Source: Verrucomicrobiota bacterium
GTDB taxonomy: Bacteria > Verrucomicrobiota > Verrucomicrobiia > Limisphaerales > CANJXF01
DNA: 20,919 nucleotides
Direction of reading: 5' to 3'
Assembly: GCA_038214755.1 (NCBI GenBank)
Contig: JBBQRQ010000089.1
Span: 1-20,919, forward strand
The notes beneath the pieces were generated by a model that was given only the letters and a program-made list of their open reading frames with translations, did not search any database and had not been told where the DNA came from. The translations under genes and the position numbers were made by a program. Shown piece after piece: positions 16,942 through 20,919 of this stretch (position 1 is its first letter; each line of letters starts with the position of its first letter).

Positions 16942-17091
16942 GTAGCGCAGGATTGCATCCTGCCGTATCGCAGGTTTTCAACCTGCGTGATGTCCCAGAA
17001 CGGGAAACCTTCGGGAACCAGAGACTTTTTATTGTTGCGACCTTCAGCCGGTTTCCAACCGGCGATACGGCAGGATGCAATCCTGCGCTAC
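16942..17091. mobile_element. GTAG-type REPIN/MITE, intergenic
   Basis: Perfect 30-bp terminal inverted repeat GTAGCGCAGGATTGCATCCTGCCGTATCGC; two hairpins per arm; same family as 13908-14021. Confidence 0.92.
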
Positions 17092-17114
17092 GTGTCGGCC
17101 CAGGCAAATCCGCT

Positions 17115-17143
17115 TTGACACCCGCTCCTGGCGCGGGCAATTT
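17115..17143 (+). promoter_or_regulatory. Candidate sigma70 promoter for the phosphofructokinase gene
   Basis: TTGACA-17 nt-CAATTT, 14 nt before ATG 17158. Confidence 0.6.
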
Positions 17144-17157
17144 TGCGATTCAAAATT

Positions 17158-18432
17158 ATGGCTGAACTAATAGGAAATCTTTTGGTAGCGCAATCCGGCG
17201 GCCCGACGGCGGTGATTAACGCGAGCGTGGCGGGCGTCATTCAGGAAGCGGGCAAACATCCCGATCAAATTGTAGAAATTTACGGCGGATTAAACGGCAT
17301 CCTCGGAATTCTCAACGAGGAATTAATCGATGTTCAGGAAGAAAAAAGCACAACGATCCAAGCCTTGAAGCACACGCCCTCCGCTGCGCTGGGAACGTGC
17401 CGCTACAAAATTGACTTCAAGAAAAAACCGGAAAAAGCAGCGCGTGACATGGATCGTTTGTTTGAGGTTTTTCAAGCGCACAACATTCGCTATTTTTTTT
17501 ATGCGGGCGGAAACGATTCGCAGGACACGGCGAATAAAATTCACGAGCGGGCGACTCAACGCGGCTACGAACTGCGCGTCATCGGCGTCCCCAAAACCAT
17601 CGATAACGATTTGCCGCACACCGACCACTGCCCCGGTTTTGGCTCCGTCGCGAAATACAACGCGACGACCGTGATGGAAGTGGCGGATGATGTTTGCAGC
17701 ATGGCGACGGATGATGGCGCGTGTTGCATCATCGAAGTGATGGGACGCGGCGCGGGCTGGATTGCGGCGAGCGCAGTCCTCGCGAAACGTGCGCCCGATG
17801 AAGCGCCGCATATCATTTTGCTGCCGGAGATTCCCTACAACGAAGAACTTTTTTTGGCGCGCGTCAAAGAGACGGTTGAGAAATTAAATTACTGCGTGGT
17901 CGTCGTGGGCGAAGGTTTGAAAAAAGCGGACGGCACGGAATTCAGCGCGCATGCGGAGCGGCTGGATGCATTTGGTCATCCGCTATTGGCGGGCGCGGCG
18001 GAACGGCTCGCGGAAATTGTCACGGGCAAGTTGAACACGAAAACGCGCACCATCAAACTGGGCTACGCGCAACGTTGCGCGGCGCATTACGCGAGCGCGA
18101 CGGACGCCGAGGAAGCGGTGGCGTGCGGCGTCGCGGCAGTGCGCGCGGCGGTCGGCGGCCAGAGCGGTTTCATGGTGAAGATTGTCCGCACGAAAAATAC
18201 TCCGTATCGCTGGACGACGGGTTTGCAACCGCTCGGCGACATTGCGAATCAGGAAAAACTGATTCCGCGTGACTGGTTGAGCGAAGACGGTTTGATGCCG
18301 AACGAAAAATTTGTGGAATATTGCCGTCCGCTGATCGAAGGCGAAGTCAAAGTTCCCACGGAAGGCGGCTTGCCGAAATACGCGGTGCTGGAAAAAATTG
18401 CTGTGGAAAAGAAATTGGCGGCGCGGGTTTAA
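17158..18432 (+). CDS. pfp: 6-phosphofructokinase, probably pyrophosphate-dependent
   Basis: QSGGPTAVIN, GTCR, GGNDS (Asp at donor-specificity position), PKTIDND (Lys), EVMGRGAGW, GYAQR. Confidence 0.93.
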   Translation: MAELIGNLLVAQSGGPTAVINASVAGVIQEAGKHPDQIVEIYGGLNGILGILNEELIDVQEEKSTTIQALKHTPSAALGTCRYKIDFKKKPEKAARDMDRLFEVFQAHNIRYFFYAGGNDSQDTANKIHERATQRGYELRVIGVPKTIDNDLPHTDHCPGFGSVAKYNATTVMEVADDVCSMATDDGACCIIEVMGRGAGWIAASAVLAKRAPDEAPHIILLPEIPYNEELFLARVKETVEKLNYCVVVVGEGLKKADGTEFSAHAERLDAFGHPLLAGAAERLAEIVTGKLNTKTRTIKLGYAQRCAAHYASATDAEEAVACGVAAVRAAVGGQSGFMVKIVRTKNTPYRWTTGLQPLGDIANQEKLIPRDWLSEDGLMPNEKFVEYCRPLIEGEVKVPTEGGLPKYAVLEKIAVEKKLAARV

Positions 18433-19244
18433 GGTTTACCCGCTTCTTTCAATCGCTTATCAAAAAGCAAATGGCTGAAGACGCGAGTTACTTTCCCATT
18501 TTCAAATACTGCGGACACCCATGAAAACCGCGCGGACGGATTGATTCGTAGCGGAACATCCGAGCCATAAATCTGAACCCATTCGCCAGGAGAAATTTCT
18601 TTTGTCCGAAAGGGCGTTCCGAAAACTGCTTCTAAATCTTTTGGGCTGGAACCTAACTTCACTTTTAGAGGATCGAACTTTTCGGCGAATTGTTTGTTGC
18701 GCCGATAATCCTGGTTGATCTCGCCCGCTTTCAAAGCAAAAAGCGGGGCAAGTATAATAAAAGCGGGGAGTATGTTCAAAGATTCTTTCCCCTTCGGAAT
18801 CGCGTTACGCATTCGATCTTCGATTTCAGTCTTCGAGAGGTCATTGGCGGTTAAAACACTTTGCATTTGATTCTCAGAATCCACCGGCTTTGGAATTTCT
18901 CTGAAGCTTCCTTTGTAAGGCACTCTGTCAAATTCTGTCTTGGGCCGATCTACTACAGCTTTCAAATGATTATTTGTGAAAATCAAATAAAAGCTCACCC
19001 GTGGTTCATCGAATAAAAAATACCGGCAAAGGTATTCCAGATTTTCATGGAGAGCCGTGAATTGATGTTCGCCCGGTGACTTTAGTAATTGTTGAACTTC
19101 ATTGACTGAAATCCCGCGCCGCATATTGGAGAATGCGCTCAAGGAAACATGGTTTGTTTGGACAAATTTTGTCTCCGCGATGCTGGAATGAATGGCCGTC
19201 AGAAAACACGCGACAATCAAAACTTTTGCCAATCTGTTCTTCAT
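18429..19244 (-). CDS. Hypothetical exported protein with two SmpA/BamE-like repeats
   Basis: 271-aa ORF, signal peptide; repeats RGISVNEVQQLLKSP...LIFTNNHL and KLGSSPKDLEAVFGTP...AVFENGKV; visibly more AT-rich than pfp. Confidence 0.8.
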   Translation of the reverse strand: MKNRLAKVLIVACFLTAIHSSIAETKFVQTNHVSLSAFSNMRRGISVNEVQQLLKSPGEHQFTALHENLEYLCRYFLFDEPRVSFYLIFTNNHLKAVVDRPKTEFDRVPYKGSFREIPKPVDSENQMQSVLTANDLSKTEIEDRMRNAIPKGKESLNILPAFIILAPLFALKAGEINQDYRRNKQFAEKFDPLKVKLGSSPKDLEAVFGTPFRTKEISPGEWVQIYGSDVPLRINPSARFSWVSAVFENGKVTRVFSHLLFDKRLKEAGKP

Positions 19245-19339
19245 AAACTCGCACCAAAATGAGAGCCTTTAATCACAGAGTCAAATAGTCATCCAGCATT
19301 TTGATGCGTGCCATCCTGCGTCATGCTAGGCTTTCGTCC

Positions 19340-19441
19340 GTGGACGTTTTGGATTTCGAGCGGGTGTTGACGGAAGGACGCGCATTGCAGGCGCGTCTGG
19401 CTGATTTGTCTCCAGTCGCGGTGGGAGGGACTGCGGCAGCC
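19340..19441 (+). pseudogene. N-terminal fragment of an AbiEii-like nucleotidyltransferase
   Basis: VDVLDFERVLTEGRALQARLADLSPVAVGGTAAA has the GGTA NTase motif, but the expected HRxSxD continuation is absent; TGC-TAGGCT extended -10 lies 7 nt upstream. Confidence 0.55.
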
Positions 19442-19707
19442 GGACCTGCTCGCGTCCGCCCGCCTGTGGAAGTTTCTATTGGAAGACCTGCATCCCGGCC
19501 TTCAGGTTTCATTGGACGAAACGCGGCGCGACCTCGGCGTTTGATACCGCTCCGACGCACCAAAGATCGGCCCGTTACCCGGTGTTCCAAACAAATCCAT
19601 CTGCGGCGGCGGGGCGAGTGGCTTGAGTTTGTCGCCAACCCGCTGGCGTCGCAGTTGACCCACGCCGTCTTCCGGCCTTGAGATGGCGGCTTGGTCCCGA
19701 TTTTCTC

Positions 19708-19840
19708 AGAGCGTGTTTTAACAACCGGTTTTTACTGTAGGAGCCGAGGTGACGAGGCTCAAATTTTTTGGGAAAATCGGCTCTCTTGGAGCGAGAAATG
19801 AGCCTCGTTGCCTCGGCTCCTACAATTTTAGGCACGCTCT
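19708..19840. mobile_element. Nested element: GTAG REP doublet (19736-19824) inside short outer inverted repeats
   Basis: Inner 26-bp IR with 2 mismatches, TGTAGGAGCCGAGGTGACGAGGCTCA; outer AGAGCGTG...CACGCTCT. Confidence 0.8.
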
Positions 19841-19919
19841 AACCGCCGGCCAACTCGCCAGTGCCCCCAAAAGAGAATTCGCTCTCGCTGGATTCCGTGG
19901 GGTTCCGTATTCTTTATCT

Positions 19920-20289
19920 GTGTTCGAGCAAGCCCAACGACCCGTTAATACGTTTGCCACCACGCACTGGAGTGTCGTGGTGCTGGCCGGACAGGAGCAT
20001 TCGCAGCCGTCCGCGGCCGCGCTAGAGCAACTTTGCCGGGCTTACTGGTATCCGCTTTACGCCTTTGTCCGGGCCAGCGGAAAGCCGCGCGAAGAGGCCC
20101 TCGATTTGACGCAGGAGTTTTTTGCCCGTCTGCTGGAAAAGAAATGGCTTGCCCATGCCGACCCGACCCGCGGGCGGTTCCGCACTTTTCTCCTCACGGC
20201 GCTCAAGTATTTCCTCGTCAACGAATGGCATCGCGACCAGTGCCTCAAGCGCGGCGGTGGGCGGGAATTCATCGAACTGGATGCGCTCC
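19920..20289 (+). pseudogene. ECF sigma factor, region 2 only; 3' half deleted
   Basis: FATTHWSVV...ALEQLCRAYWYPLYAFVR...DLTQEFFARLL...RGRFRTFLL...KRGGG; after ELDAL the frame reads antisense of the opposing gene; no region 4. Confidence 0.85.
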
Positions 20290-20510
20290 AATCGCGCATT
20301 CAAATCAAACCCAAGCTCTTTCAAAGCGGGAATGATTCGTTGGCAGTTTTCTTTGTTCCGCGCCGGGAAAACATCCACGTCCTGAGTCGTGCCCGGGTAG
20401 CCGAGAAGGATCGCCGCACTCTTGCCGAGAAAAAGATATTCAACGCCCCTCCGGTTGAAGGCTTGAGCCAACTCTTGGGCTTGCTCGAAGTGGAAAACGG
20501 GACTCCTCAT
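20284..20510 (-). pseudogene. Nucleotidyltransferase-fold protein, 3'-truncated
   Basis: FNRRGVEYLFLGKSAAILLGYPGTTQDVDVF (DxD motif)...ALKELGFDL; beyond about 20284 the ORF is antisense of the ECF gene. Confidence 0.75.
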
Positions 20511-20736
20511 AAAGCGGCCGGCTTAAACCCCAAATATTCGGGCAGGTTTTCCGCGCACCATTTGCGATATTCTTCCATGATATCGAACGAATGCCAGGGC
20601 GCGTCATCCAGCACAGGTTTGTAAACATAATTACATAATTAAACCCATATTTCATTCGCGCGGAAAGCGGACGCTCCATTTGTCGCTGGCATTGTTCACG
20701 CCATTGCCTGTCTGCCTCGAGATCTTTCTGGTTCAT
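20507..20736 (-). pseudogene. Small (73-aa) protein coupled to the NTase gene, frameshifted by an 8-nt duplication
   Basis: ACATAATT repeated at 20625-20640; removing one copy gives MNQKDLEA...YGFNYVYKPVLDDAPWHSFDIMEEYRKWCAENLPEYLGFKPAAL*, whose TGA overlaps the NTase ATG. Confidence 0.8.
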
Positions 20737-20832
20737 ACTCGAATTTATATATCCATCGCGCGGTAATTTTTCCAAGGCATCTGCGAACTCGATTGGAAAT
20801 TTCAGCGAGCACTCAAAGCAATGAGCCATCGG

Positions 20833-20919
20833 CTAAATTTTATCGCCCACAAATCTTGGGACGGGCGGATTTTCTTTGAACCAGACGCGGTCAACCCAAT
20901 CCCCAAAACGTTCGCAGTC
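20833..20919 (-). CDS. Possible 3' end of a gene entering from beyond the window
   Basis: Open frame DCERFGDWVDRVWFKENPPVPRFVGDKI*; short, no family recognised. Confidence 0.3.
   Translation of the reverse strand, partial: DCERFGDWVDRVWFKENPPVPRFVGDKI

Noticed and set aside
16905..17165. ORFs 16905-17165 (+) and 16928-17140 (-)
   Set aside because: Both are translations of the symmetric REPIN (same AGLHPAVS peptide on both strands)
19749..20624. Full-length 291-aa ECF sigma factor
   Set aside because: N-terminus is repeat-derived and the C-terminus is antisense of the opposing genes; region 4 is missing

Overview
Bacterial chromosomal segment, most likely Verrucomicrobiota (inferred from PEP-CTERM proteins, a PQQ-like propeller, DUF5069, the FATTHWS-type ECF sigma and the repeat families). 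The core (about 4.9-18.4 kb) has no evident frameshifts: DMT transporter, PQQ-propeller, a marR-doxX-DUF5069-pirin operon, RpoD-family sigma, apt, a PAP2-GT83 fusion, ogg, a comB-like gene and PPi-PFK. Three accessory zones stand out. (1) 259-4433 (minus strand): a secreted Calx-beta/propeller 'head' gene followed by three ~815-823 bp cassettes. Each cassette is a variant of the head gene's last ~66 codons coupled (ATGA overlap) to a divergent PEP-CTERM gene, and a fourth truncated copy closes the array. This is a polymorphic-toxin-like orphan cassette architecture applied to surface proteins. (2) 10850-11850: a TumA/TumE-like toxin-antitoxin pair between a synonymously diverged 5' fragment of apt and the intact apt, with no integrase in the window. 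(3) 18429-20919: orphan and truncated genes (nucleotidyltransferase fragments, a truncated ECF sigma, a frameshifted partner gene). Several REP/REPIN-type palindromes and heptamer arrays are present, including a 114-bp REPIN lying in frame inside the PAP2-GT83 gene.
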